DNA of 64,000 bases from Saprolegnia diclina VS20 (Eukaryota): NCBI RefSeq assembly GCF_000281045.1, contig NW_008246096.1, positions 225,727 to 289,726 of the forward strand. Reading direction: 5' to 3'. Position numbers and translations under genes: made by a program. The stretch's first letter is position 1. Every line of letters starts with the position of its first letter. Positions 11,654-25,090 of this stretch are shown here, piece by piece. The notes under the pieces are model-generated. The model saw nothing but the letters and a program-made list of their open reading frames with translations. It was not told the origin of the DNA and did no database searches.

Positions 11654-11908
11654 GCCGAACTTATTTGCATCGACCATTACACTAACATTTCACAATGCCA
11701 CGTCATAGTTTGGCTTTTCCACAAAGTATTCCATGTAGCTTAGAGCTCGTGGCATGTGCGATCGAGTCGACAAGTGAGTACTATGCAGAGTCGTCGTTGC
11801 GTTCGCACACTGGGACGGAGCTGCCACGACTCATAGGGGTTTTTACATTAGAGGCGTAAAGCTGTGATCCTGGTCATCCGTTGGGCGTTACAAAAGGCAA
11901 CATTTACG

Positions 11909-14827
11909 ATGGGCGGCAAGGCGACGCGGTCCATCTCCAAGATTGCCGCCGACAAGCTGCATGGCGCGTCCACGGACAGCGACTTTGACTTGGAGGCAGA
12001 AGAGAAGCGGTGCGTCAGTCTCCACGGACGTCGTTATGGTCGACAACTTGCGTGTAGGATCCACGAGATGGAAGCCAAGCACGCGCTCATCGTCGTACGA
12101 CAGTATTCGTCACGACGTCTTGCCTCACGCTCTCTCTGTAGCAATATGTGGTCGACAACATTTACCCGTATGCGCCTGTGACGGTCCAAGCCAAGCGACT
12201 GGCCCTCGACACGCCCAAGGACGACTGCCACGACATTGGCAAATTGAAGAAGCAGACATACCTCTGGATCACGCTGGACGAAGCGCTCCTGTCGCAAAAG
12301 CGCGTCTCGATCGATATGAAAGCCATGTACCCAATCGCAGTCGCCATCGACAACGACGGGTTTGACAGTCGTGTGGGTCGTTCTCCGTTGATAACGTCTA
12401 CTTAGGAACGCCTTTGTGACCGACCAAGAGTCCGGCCAGCGCAAGCTCAAGGCAGAAGACATGCTTGCACTTGCTTCCGTGACACAGCCGCCGCCACCAC
12501 CCCTGACGCCGACCTTTGTCACGGCCACCGTCGCGAGCCTCACGGTGCGTATTCTGCAAAACGGCGCAAGGAAGAGAGCAGGGATGTAGGTCGCGTGGAC
12601 CGAGGCGCCGGGTAGCATTTTGGATCGGTTTGAAGTGCAATATCAAAAGATGGCAGCGGCCAGCGCCGTGGTCAAAGCCTGGAGCGTCTTGACCCACGAC
12701 GCCAACAGTCGGCAAGGTGCCCTCACCGACCTCACGTGCTACGAGGGCTACCTCTTCCGCGTGCGCTGCCGCAACCCTGCGGTCGACCTCTCGTGTTGTC
12801 GCTTTGGTTCCACTACGGTTCTTAGGGCTGGAGCGAGTTCAGCGCGACCGGCGGCCCGTTCTTCACGCTGGCCGGGGCGCCCGACAAACCACATGCTCTG
12901 CACGCCGCTGTCATTGCAGACACGTTCATTCATGTATGTTGGGCCGCTGTCAACGACCACGGGTCGCCGATCACTGCATATACGCTTGAAGTGCGCGAGA
13001 TCAATGAGGCAACTGGGCCCTTCGAACACCTCTACGCAGGCCGCGAACGCGGTGCGCACGTTCCAACGTTTCCACTTGACATTCGAGTCGTAGAGTACCT
13101 CTGCGCGGGCTTGCGCCCGAAAACCATGTACAGCTTTCGGCTCCAAGCGGCCAATATCGTCGGCTGCACACCTTGGCTCGAGAGTCGCGCGATCCGCACC
13201 ACCGCCTTTGGGCGCCCCGAGGTGCAGGAGCTCCCGGCGTCCTGCAGCAGCGAGCGGTGCAACTGCAACGGCGGCACCGGGTGTCCTCATGTGCATAGGT
13301 GGGTCGAGTGCTGGGACCCGCGAGAGGAGAAAGTGTTCTACTTCAACAAGGTACCTCAGTAGCTTTCGGACAGTATTCCACCTTGTGGTTGTAGTTTACG
13401 AGCCAGCGCACGTACGACGAGCCCGCCGAGATTGCGGCCGCACGCAAAGCCACGGGCGATGCTCTTGAAGAGACCCCCGAGATGATTTTTCGAAAGAAGC
13501 GCTATCACTTGCATCGGGACCTCCGTGGCAACGCCACTGTGCCACCAAGTGCATTCGAGGTGGCCGTACACCGGGCTACGGTGCTACCCGACACCATTGC
13601 TCGGTTTGCGACCGCGTCCAAGAAGGAGCTGCTTGGGAAGCCCCGGGTTACGTACCACGACGAAGACGGCATCGACTCGGGGGGGCTCACCAAGGTGCTT
13701 ACTCGCATCGTCGACGCTGCTCGGTCAATCATCGAGAACTCTAGGACTGGTACTTGGCCGTCTCCAAAGCGACACTGCAGTCGTCGTGGGGACTCTTTCG
13801 TCCATTAGGTAGCGACACCCTAACTACCAAGAGCTCATCATAGGTCGTAGACGATGGCGGTGTGTATGAGATCGACCCGGACGCCGACACGCCCGCGCAC
13901 CTCAAGTCGTTTCGATTCCTCGGTCGCGACCGCATCTCTTGAGGTTGCTAACGTCATCGCGTAGGCAAGTTTGTGGCCAAAGCCATATACGATCGACACG
14001 TCGTGGCGCTGCCCTTGGCGCCCTTGGTGCTCAAGCACCTTCTTGGCGAGACCGACACCACCGCGGACCTCGCGCTACTGGATCCGCAGTTGGCCAAGTC
14101 GCTTTGCTGGATCGAGACGCACGATATTACCGACGTGCTATTTGACACGTTCTCCATCACGCGCGCCAACAACGTCCTCGGTACGCACGACAAGGTCGGC
14201 ACCACCCTCAGTTCATAGGTTGCATTATCGCTAGTGGATCTCAAAGAGAATGGACGCGCGATTGATGTGACCGAAGCCAACAAGCTCGAGTACGTGGCGC
14301 TGCGGCGGCAATGGCGCACCGCGTTCGCCATACGACCACAACTCGATGCCTTTCTCAGTGGCTTCCACACACTCCTCCCCGCGGCGGCGCTGCAGCCGTT
14401 TACCTGGCGTACATGTCGCATAGTCGATGCGCATTTCACCAACACTATTGTCATGGTAGACGAGCTACAGTTGCTCATGAGCGGCAACCCGAGCGTCGAT
14501 GTCGACCAGCTGCGCGCAACAGCCGTGTACCAAGGCGGCTACGACGCCAGCGCCCAAGTCATTCTGTGGTTATGGCAAGTGCTGCGCTCCTGGGAGAATG
14601 CGACGCGCCAGCGATTTCTTCAGTTTGCGACGGGCGCGAGTACCTTGCCGCTGGATGGGCTCGAGCCGCCGCTCACCATCACGCTCTCCGATCTGAGCGA
14701 CGACGCACTGCCACGGTCCCACACGTGCTTCAACCAGCTCGTGCTGCCAAAGTACACGTCGTATACGACGCTCGTCACGAAGCTCCGCTTTGCGATCGAG
14801 AATACTGACAGCTTTGCCTTGAGCTAA
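11909..14827 (+). CDS. HECT E3 ubiquitin ligase with two FN3 domains and a WW domain
   Basis: FN3: YLFRVRCRNPA|GWSEFS and YSFRLQAANIVG. WW: WVECWDPREEKVFYFNK. HECT: GIDSGGLTK, FLQFATG and LPRSHTCFNQLVLPKY (catalytic Cys). Confidence 0.85.
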
Positions 14828-14876
14828 AAGACCGGATTCGAAACGCTGCAATTTCCAGTGGATTACGTGGACCAAT

Positions 14877-16238
14877 TTACTGGATGATGCCGTTGGCCTT
14901 GCCACACGCGATAAAGGCGTCAATGCACTTGTCGACCTGCGCGCGCGAGTGCGCCGCCGACATTTGGACGCGGATGCGGGCGAGGCCCTTGGGCACGACC
15001 TAACATATGGGGTCGTATGAGCACCCCCTTGTGGGAGAAGACCATCATCGTACCGGGTAGCTAAAGCCAATGACGTAAATGCCCTGCTCGAGCATGTCAT
15101 CGGCGAGCTTGGACGCGAGGCGCGCATCGCCAATCATGACGGCCACGATCGGGTGGTCGCTACAGAGACATCTTAGCATAAAACTACATGGCATGATGGA
15201 TCCTACCGGGCGCCCGTGAGCTTGAAGCCAGCGGCGGCCATGCGGTCGCGGAAGTGGTGCGTGTTGTCACGGATCTGCTCGACGTACTCGCTCGAGCTCT
15301 CGAGCATCTCAAAGACCTTGAGCGACGCGCCGACGACGACGGGCGAGACCGAGTTGGAGAAGAGGTACGGGCGCGACTTTTGGCGGAGCGTGTCGATGAC
15401 CTCCTGGCGACCGGTCGTGTAGCCACCGGTGCCGCCGCCAAGCGCCTTGCCGAGCGTCGAGTTGATGATCTACATGCAAGGCAAGATGAGTTATGCGTCC
15501 CATCATGCGGTAGCAGCGTCGTCGTACGTCAATCTTGCCGCGGAGACCAAAGTACTCGTCCGTGCCGCGACCCGTGGCGCCAAAGAAGCCCGTCGTGTGG
15601 CACTCATCGATGAACACCTGGGCGTCGTGCTTCTGGGCAAGGTCGTAGATACCCTTGAGCGGCGCAACGTCGCCATCCATGCTGAACGCGCCGTCCGTCG
15701 CGATGAGGCGCGTGCGGCAGTGCTTGGACGCCTCGAGCTTGGCCTCGAGGTCCTTCAAGTCCATGTGCTTGAAGCGGTGGCGCTCGGCCTTGCAGAGGCG
15801 GATGCCATCGATGATCGACGCATGGTTGAGCTCGTCCGTGATGATCGCATCTTCGTTGTTCAAGATGGCTTCAAAGAGACCGGCGTTCGCGTCAAAGCAC
15901 GACGGGTACAGGATCGTGTCGTCCGTGCCGTGGAAGCGCGCGATCGCCGCCTCGAGCTCCTTGTGGATGTCCTGCGTGCCGCAGATGAAGCGCACGGAGC
16001 TCAGGCCAAAGCCATGCGTCTCAAGCGCCTTCTTGGCCGCGGCCACGACCTCCGGGTGGTTGGAGAGGCCGAGGTAGTTGTTGGCGCAGAAGTTGAGCAC
16101 GCCCTTGTCGGCCACGACGATCGACGCGCCCTGCGGCGACGTGATGACGCGCTCCGACTTGTACGTGCCCGCGGCCTTGATCTCCGAGAGCTCGCCGGCC
16201 AAGCGGCGGGTCAATGTGTTGGAGCTGAAGCGGCGCAT
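14877..16238 (-). CDS. GCAT: Glycine C-acetyltransferase (2-amino-3-ketobutyrate CoA ligase), likely mitochondrial
   Basis: [36 protein letters not shown] and [12 protein letters not shown]-lysine motif. The start may lie slightly upstream. Confidence 0.95.
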
Positions 16239-16814
16239 GTGCGTAGCGATGGACGAAATCGATTGTGCACCTGCGGCTGCCGAGAGTGACCGTACATTGA
16301 AGTACGCTGCGTCCCGTACGCCAATGTACGCCAATGTACGCCAATGTACGTGAGTGTACGTGCCTCGGCGCTGGGCTGTCTCAGACAATCGAGTCTAGTA
16401 TTATATTAATGTCGTTGCCAGGGAGGACAGTTTTGTGCATTAGTCATCTATGCAACTGTAGACCACCTACGTGCTGACCTTGCGGAGTATAGCGTCTCAG
16501 CTCGCCGCTACATTGATACCCGCTGGAATCGTACAGTAGTCGCAGCTTGGCGCCAAGGAAGAAGATTCATTGGCATCGAGTGGCGCGGCCTGATATCTAA
16601 GAGGTGACGTGCGGTGGCAAGAAGAGCGTCACGCATGGTCTCTGGGTGCGTCGGCGGTACCGGACGCGTCTGCGCCACAGGAACGCTGGTGATGAACCCC
16701 CAGATTGCGCCGCGGCTTGGCCGGCGACTGTCGCATGGGTACACGACCGTACATAGTACAGTCGTATCCGGCCGCTATCCGGATGACCGCCTTTCCCAGA
16801 ACGGTCACAGTAGC

Positions 16815-18097
16815 ATGGACGCCGAGCGGGACGCGGTGCGGGCCGCCGCCAAGCTGCGCCGGCGCCTGTACCAGCGCCAGAAGCAGCGGCAGTACCGCAG
16901 CCGCGAGTCGTCCGAAGTGGCGTCGCTCCGCGCACTCGTCGCCGAGCTGGAGGTTCAGGTCGATGCGCTCACGACCGAGCTCCGCGCGAATGCTCCGACC
17001 GAGCTGCCGTGGGTCGACGTGGCGTCGGCGCTCCGGGACGAGGCCGTGCTCACGACGCACAAAAACAAGGCGCTCAAGTCGCAGCTGGAAGAGTACCAAG
17101 ATCTGGTCGTCGTCATGACAACGTGGGTCACGAAGCACGTGCCCATCCAGGTGGCGTCGTTGATCACACTCTTGCCACGTTATCCTGACGTCGAGTGCTT
17201 AGAAATCCATCGAGGCCTCGGCGTACTCGTGGCGCAACGCGACGCTGTTCGCCAACAAGGAGTCGCGCAAGCTCGGTCTCGATTGGATCACCAAGCACCT
17301 CTACCACAACACGGAGCGGATGCTCTCGCTCTGCGGGTTCCAGTCCCTTGGCGGCACCGACCGATTCGACGATTTTGCCATCGACATGAGCGACCCCGAG
17401 TACTTTGAGTACACGTGGCGCCACCAGGCCAAGCACAATGCGCCGTTCGAGACCACGGTGGCGGCGTTCCGCGCCTTTGTCACGCACTTTGTGAACGGCG
17501 GCGTCTGGTCGACGGGTACTGGAACACCACTCGACCCAGATGTAGTACTCGCACTCTGGTTTGACACTACAACTCATGATGGCACTAGATTGTCGATCAA
17601 GTCGCAGCGCACATCTCGTACACGCGGATCGCGTCGAGTCCGCGCGAGAGCATCAACTTTGTCTCGCGTGAGTTTGCGACCTCCAATCAGTGCATCTTTG
17701 TGTGCCAAAACATCCCGTTTGACGAGACGCAGCCGCTCAACGACGAGCAGTGCAACCGCCGACTCTGGTACGACGCACATGTGATCGTAGCGACTGAATC
17801 TCGTGTAGGATCGTGCTCGATCGCATTTCCGAGCACGCGACGCACATCCGCGTTGTCTACATCAACTCGCACGGCTTCGACCAGCATGGGCATTTCGACA
17901 TGGCGAGAGAAGCCGCGTACTGGGGCTGCGACCTCTCGTCGATGCCGGCCGAGCCAAATGCGTGGTTTGAGGCATTCCAAGCTAGGGTGCACAAGGTCGG
18001 GCAGTCGTTCATTGCGCACAACACGTCGCAGATGGACCGCATTTTCCAGCAGCAGCGCCACCACCACCGTCTTCCGTCGTCAAGTAGTAGCTCATAG
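16815..18097 (+). CDS. bZIP-like basic/coiled-coil plus START-like domain protein (oomycete-type family)
   Basis: RRRLYQRQKQRQYRSRE, LPWVDVASALRDE, SWRNATL..RKLGLDWITKHLYHN, CQNIPFDE, REAAYWG. Confidence 0.8.
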
Positions 18098-18142
18098 CAC
18101 ACGCCACGTAGTATCATCAATGCTCTATAAACAAGTGTGGGC

Positions 18143-19835
18143 TTAACCAAAGTTGATGCCCTGCGCGAGCGGGAGGTTCTTGCTGTGGTTGATCGTGCAC
18201 GTCGACCGGCGCATGTACTGCTTCCACGCATCGCTGCCCGACTCGCGGCCACCGGCGCCCGTCTCCTTCTCGCCGCCAAACGCGCCGCCAATCTCGGCGC
18301 CGCTCGGGCCAATGTTGACATTGACGATGCCGCAGTCCGAGCCCGCGGGGCCCGTCCACTTGAAGATCGCGGCCTGGTTGGTCGTGAAGAGCGACGACGA
18401 GAGGCCCTGCGGCACGTCGTTGTTCTTCTCGATCGCTTCGTCGAGGTTGCTAAACTTCATCACGTACGTGATGGGCGCAAAGATCTCGGTCTACACAGTA
18501 ATCGACAACTTGTCAGCAACGACCGACGACGCGACGCAGGCTTCGCACCTGCACGATCGGCGCTTCGTGCGCAATGGCCACGAGCGTCGGCTCGACAAAG
18601 TTGCCGGGGCCCGGGAGCACGTTGCCGCCCGTCAAGACCTTGCCACCCTGCTCCGTCGCCGTCTTGATGCCGTTGGCAAAGTTGGTGACCGCCTGTATAC
18701 ATGTGTGTGAAGAGGTGTTTGCGAGCGACACGAAATGTACCTGCTGGTTGTGGAGCGGGCCGCAGAGCGTCGTCGGGTCGAGCTGGTCGCCGATCGGGAT
18801 TTGCTTGTACGCAGTCACGAGCTTCTCGACGAACGAGTCGTAGATGTTTTCGTGGAGGTAGATGCGGCGGAGCGTCGTGCAGCGCTGGCCCGCCGTGCCG
18901 ACGGCCGAGAAGAGCGTCGCGCGGAGCGCCATGGTCAAGTCGGCGTCTTCGTCAATGATCATCGCGTTGTTGCCGCCAAGCTCGAGGATCGCCTTGCCAA
19001 AGCGGTTGGCGACCACTTCATTTACGTGGCGGCCGACGTGCGTCGAGCCCGTGAACGAGATGAGCTCCATGCGCTTGTCTTTGATCATGGGCTCGCCGAC
19101 CTCCTTGCCGCTGCCGCAGATGAGCGACGCAATCGCGGGGTTGTACCCGTTCTTCGTGAGGACGTCCGACACGATCTTGTTGCACGCGATCGACGTCAAG
19201 CACAAGTTGTCATGCGGCTTCCACACTTGGGTGTTGCCGGCCACGAGGCTGAGCGCACCGTTCCAAAACATGACGGCGCACGGGAAGTTGAAGGCCGTGA
19301 TGATGCCGACGTGGCCCTTGAGCGGGTTGTAGCGCTCCATCATAAAGTGGCCCGGGCGCTCCGACGGAATGATCGAGCCGTTGAGGCAGCGCGAGAGACC
19401 GACGGCAAAGTCGCAAATGTCGACAGCCTCCTGGACCTCGCCGACACCCTCGACCGTGATCTTGCCCATCTCGAGCGAGACGAGCTGGCCGAGCGCCTTT
19501 TGCTTGGCGCGAAGCGACTCGCCGATCTGGCGCACGACTTCGCCGCGGATCGGGGCCGGCACCTCAGCCCAGTCCTTCTTGGCCGCGTCCATCGAGGCAA
19601 TGACGCGCTCGTAGTCGGCCTTGGTACCCGTGCGCGTCTTGGCGATGATTTCGTTCGTCGCGGGGTTGACGCTGTTGAAGACCGGGCCGTTGCCGAACCA
19701 CTCGCCGTCAAAGACGCCGAGGTTCTCCTCCTGGAGACCGAGCTCCTTCAGGAACGGGTACTTGGAGAACGTGAGCGTGCTCTGGCGGCGAGCCAGCACC
19801 GTGTTGAGCTTGGTGCTCGAGCGAAGCATCATCAT
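18143..19835 (-). CDS. ALDH7A1: Aldehyde dehydrogenase family 7 (antiquitin / alpha-aminoadipic semialdehyde dehydrogenase)
   Basis: [48 protein letters not shown] and C-terminal [10 protein letters not shown]; presequence-like N-terminus. Confidence 0.96.
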
Positions 19836-21040
19836 CGTTGTTCGCTGTCGAAGGTAAAATGAAGACTGCTGCCGTTCTGGCCGCTGGATCGCCAGCGAAT
19901 CTTCATTTTGCCCTTTGCGGTGATTGGCTAAAATCATGACCTGCCGACATACGATTGGCCAAAATGAAGCTAAAGCACGCGAACTTCAAGCCCCAAGTTC
20001 AAGTGCGCCACACCAGCTGCTGGAACGACGGGGCATCCACGGACAAGACGCGCGACAGCACCGGCGGGAGGCTTCCGCGGATAGTACAAGGAATGAATTG
20101 GCCTTCCGACGCAGCTCGGCGTGTACGCTACAAGCGTAAAAGAGCTACTTTAGTCAAACCAACGCAAGGCATCGCCAAGCGTGAGATGGAGATCATGCGA
20201 GATCGAGCCATCCATGGACGCATCCATATGCGAAGGATTGAGGTGGATGCTGCGTCCATCGTCTGGCGCCAGCCGTGCACTTTCGCGAGCCGAGAGGACA
20301 CGATCCGGTGGTTTTGCGGTCATTTGGCATTTCATTTCTAGAGCGGCTTGTGCTCGACGTCGCCAGACCTCTTTGGCCGCAGTAGGGCAACTTGCCGCAG
20401 CCGCAACAGCATCTCGCTTCCAGCTAGTACCAGTGTTCAGTGCAGCCGGATCAGCGTGGAACATCACGAAGAGACGGCTTAAGAAGAAGCTGCGCTTGGT
20501 GCTTCGTCGTCGATTCGCGCACGGCGCAACCAAGCGTACGAGGCGACACCGGAAGCCCACCGCAACGAAACTATTGGCGCAAATCAAGTGCGCAGTACTC
20601 TATACTAATACTAGAGTCATTCGAAGGCGACGCGATGTCGACATGTGAAAACTGCGTGGGTTGTCCCCAGGACTGACTGCGATCTAGTTTCTCGGCGCCT
20701 GCCAATGAACGTGGTTAATCACCCCTCGAATGCCCCAGTTGACGCAGTACGCGCGGGAAAGATGTTCGCTTTCTATCGGTCACCGAGTGTACCTCAAGTT
20801 AGCACTCTGGGGTCTGTTGCAGCGGCGCAGAGGCAAGGTGGGAGGGCGATCTTGCACCTTTGCACCAATCATCACGCTGCAACTCACTTTATGACCAATC
20901 ACAGTGATGGAATCGATAACGTTGATTCGATTGGCCAAAATGATTCGCTTCGTACGGATACCAACTGTTCACACAATTTCCAGTCGTCCGTAAATCCGGA
21001 GAGCTACAGAAATAGTGTGATTTCTGCTCCAGCACCAGAG

Positions 21041-23613
21041 ATGGAGGAGACGCCGCCGCCTGCCCGCGACGGCTTCCTGCAGAACACGCGCTACATCTCG
21101 CCGATCGAGCGCAGCGATTCGCCGTCGCACCTCATGGTTAGCAGTGGCTTGGTCGACAGCAGCCGGGGCACGGTCCAGGAGTCTGGCATCGAGATCACGC
21201 TGACGCCATCGCCAGCGAGCTTCACCAGCGGCTCGAAGCGCCCGCGGTCCAGCATCGAGAACGCCGCCATGAGCCGTATCGACATTCTCACGCAGGAGCT
21301 TGAAGCGGCGCGCATTGCCCAGGAGCAAACGCACAGCAAACACGAGCTTGCGATGGCCGCCAAGGACAGCGAGATCGCCAAGCTCAAGCGCCAGCTCAAG
21401 ATGACCATGGACGAAGAAGAAAAGATGCGCAGCAAGGTCGATATCCTCAACGAAGAAAGCACGGACCTTCAGCGAGCGTACCAAGAGCTGCGTGCGGACT
21501 TGGAGCAGCAGCTGCGGACGGCCACGGACGAGATCGTCGTGTGCAAGGAGCGCATCGAGGAGCTCGAGACAGAGCGGAACCACACAGCGCACGAAGCCAA
21601 CACGATCATTGAGAATCTGCGCGACGAGCTGGACGAAGCCAACAGCAAGCTCGACAACGAAGACGACAGCGCCGAAGACGACGACGAGCACGACGCATCG
21701 TCGTCATCGCCGGTACCCTCCTTCCCACCACCATATAGGACCTATGCATGTATACCGCGTAGGCCATGGCGTCCGAAATCCGCCTTTTGCAGATGCAACT
21801 CGACGAGCAAACGATCCTGGCTTCGGTGCGGAATGTACGCCTTGCAGCGGCTGAACCTCATGGACGTAGAATGCGCAAAAGGCACTCGAAGAGGCCCAGC
21901 AGACGCTCCACGACGCGGCCGAGCTCCGAGCGCTGCGCCAAAAGGTCGCCGACCTCGAGAAGGCCAGCAAGCGCGACCGGGACGAGGTACATGGACCGCA
22001 GCGTCGAACCATTCCGTCTCACCGGCGCATGTAAAGATGCAAGTGCTGCGCGTACATGCCAAGAACCAAGAAGTCTTGACCGAGCAGCTCACGACACTAC
22101 AGCGTTTGTTGGACGCGAGCGAGCAGCGCGCGTCGGAGAAGACCGAGATTCATGTGAGCCTAGCGCAGCCTGTCGCATCGCTTATCGTACTCGCATCAGG
22201 TGGCGTACGAAGCACTCCTCGAGAACGAGCGCGAGTGGAAGGAGCTCTTCGAGCCGCTCCTCACCGACCCAACGAGTGCGAATTTGCGTGTCGCTTGTCG
22301 TGTTACGTACACTCTGCTTGTAGACGGTCTTGATCCGCACCTCGTCGAGACGCACCCAACCAAGGCCGTGAGTGAGCTCTTCGTTGCACGCCAAAGCGAC
22401 TTTGAGGCCCTCTTGCTCCAGCGCGTACCTCTGATCGTCGAGGCCTGGATTCTATGGCTGACGCGACCTCGTAGGGCCAACTGGAGCTCCAAATGACCAA
22501 GCTCAGCAGCCGCTTGGAGGCCGCGACAAACGAAGCGCTGACATGGGAAGCCAAGCACGCGCAGCTCGAGGCCGAGCTCACGGACGCCAAGTACCATGTA
22601 CGCGAGGTCCGTACGGAGGCACTATGGTCTTAGCAGGAGACGCGTAGATGGACAAGGAGACGCGTGTGTGCACCCGCATGCGCGAAACAAACCTCGACCT
22701 GACGTCGCTCCTCAGCTCGTACGAGGCCGGCGAGACGACCGAGGCGCGGCAGCTCGTGCAGCAGCTCAAGGAGGCCCTTGCGCGCTCGGAGTCGGTCAAC
22801 GCGGAGCTGCAGCAGGCGCAGCGCACGATGGCGTCGCCGGCGCTCATGGAAAAGCAGCAGGGCCGCATCACCGCGCTCGAGCGGTCCATCAGCGACGAAA
22901 AGGCCGAGAACCTTCGCCTCGCCAAAGCGATCGTCAAGCTCGAGACGGACCTTGCGCTCTTTGAGAAGCGTCTCGGTCGCGGAGAATTCAACCCGCGCAC
23001 AACCAAGGTCGTCCACATGATGCTGGTACTTTGGATGTCACAGGTGATTGAGGCGTGGGCTGATGTATTGTAGAACCCGACGTCGCACCATGCGCTGGCG
23101 CCCGAGCCAGCCGACATTGTGGCGCTTCGCGAGGAGAACGAGCGGCTCAAGGAGACGCTGCAGCAAGCGACGCACCAGACGCCGCGCGCCAAGCCGCCGA
23201 CGAGCGCCGCCAGCATCACAACGCCGCACGAGACGGTCGAGGGCCTGCGTATGCTGAACCAGCGCCTCAAGGAGGTAGTACCGAGGGCCGTGCAAGACAG
23301 GTAGACGACAATGATGTAGGTGTTTCGGGACCAAATCAACAAGTACCGCGATGCGGTGTACCGCGTGACAGGCTACAAGATCGACCTCAAGAAGAACGAG
23401 CTCTCGCTCCGGTCCATGTACGCCGAGAACGAGGCCGATGAGATCAAGTTTCGGCTCGTCGACGACGAAAACATGGCGCTGCTCGAAACCGACTTCTGCG
23501 CGTCGCTCGATCCCAAGTACCTCGGGTACCTCAGCCACTGCAACTCGCCGCCCGCGTTTGTGAGCACCGTCACGCTCAACCTCTTTGAGAAGCAGACGTT
23601 CCAGCCCAAGTAG
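21041..23613 (+). CDS. MAD1: Mitotic spindle checkpoint protein MAD1
   Basis: Long coiled coil; GEFNPRTTKVVHM (Mad2-binding-like), NQRLKEVF (RLK motif), YRVTGYKID, LRSMYAE, PAFVSTVTLNLF. Confidence 0.85.
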
Positions 23614-23879
23614 GAGCTCTCTAACCCACCACAATATTGTCTGTGTGCTTGCCGACACCCATGCTCTGACCACGAGCGGCGCGCTAGTTCGCACCAAGTA
23701 TACACTGATCAACTGACAGCGATGGACAGCGATGCGTCGGAACTTCCTCCATCTGCAGTCGACCAGGCGGGTTGAAGTCTTGAACTGCAAGTGGCGCCAG
23801 GGTGTTGAACGCATTTAACGCATGCGTTAAACGACACGCAAAAGATCGGCGGTCCACAAAAATTGCGTCAAAGGCCAAG

Positions 23880-25048
23880 ATGCACCAAGTGGCGAAGCGG
23901 TTTGGCGTCGTCTTTGACGTCGATGGCGTCCTTCTACGTGGCAAGACGCCGATCCCAGGCGCGACGCGCGTGCTCCAGTCGCTCCGCGACTCGCAGACGC
24001 CGTTCGCGATCATGACCAACGGCGGCGGCGTCACCGAGGAGAAGAAGGCGGCGCAGCTCTCCGAGATCCTCGACTTTGAGATTCAAGCGTCGCGCCTCTG
24101 CCTCGCCCACACGCCGATGCGCTCGCTCGTGCCCACCTATCGCGATGAGATGATCCTTGCCGTGGGCAAAAAGTGCGATGCGACCAAGGTAAGCGGCATC
24201 GTCGCCCGCCGCTTTAGCATCCTCTTGTAGGAGGTCATGAACAACTATGGCTTTCGCAACGTCGTGACGGTCTCGGACATCCACTCGCACTTTCCATCGA
24301 GCTACCCGGACATTGCCGTGCCCAAGGTACTACCGAAGTACCGAAGCGCCACTCATACTGGACGCGACTTGGTCTAGGTCCCGCACCTCGGCAAGTACGA
24401 CGCAGCCGCGTTCAAGGCTGTCTTTGTACTCATGGATCCAATCTACTGGGGCCGCGAGCTCCAGATCATCATGGATGTGCTCACGTCGCACGAAGGCCAG
24501 ATTGGGACTATCTCGGACGACCAGCACGTACGGTGACTGCATCGAGGATGCTTGATGCAAATGTCCATGGCGTGATTAGGTCAACATGTACTCGGCGTGC
24601 TCGGACTTTCAGTACGTTGGCGAGCACCACTTGCCGCGCTTTGGCGCTGGCGCCTTCCGCGCGGTCCTCGAAGACCTCTATACGCGCACGACGGGCGACC
24701 ACTTGACCCAAACGCTCTTTGGGAAGCCCGAGAAGACGTCGTATGCGTTCGCCGAGACGCTTTTGCAGTCGCAACTCCCCGCCGCCGACGCACTCGATCG
24801 CATCTACATGGTCGGCGACAACCCGTTTACAGACATCAAGGTGCGCCAACGCTCGTCGCCGCCTCGATCTTGACGTGGCGTAGGGTGCCAATGCCGCGGG
24901 CGACCACTGGAAGTCGGTGCTGACGCGCACGGGCATGTACACGGCGCCGCCGGGTGTCAACCACCCTCAGCACCCGGGCGACGCGGTCGTCGATGACGTG
25001 GCGGCAGCGCTGGCGTGGATCGAGTCGGATTTCATGGCGCAGTCGTAG
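23880..25048 (+). CDS. HDHD5: HAD-superfamily IIA hydrolase (HDHD5/CECR5-like)
   Basis: FDVDGVLLRG, MTNGGG, FGKPEK, YMVGDNPFTDIKGAN. Confidence 0.88.
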
Positions 25049-25090
25049 GCTTTGTTTATCATCATCAAGACGAGTCTACTGTGATACGAG

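Noticed and set aside
16317..16350. Tandem GTACGCCAAT x3 upstream of GCAT
   Set aside because: A short minisatellite with no spacers, so not CRISPR. It contains CCAAT but no function can be supported.
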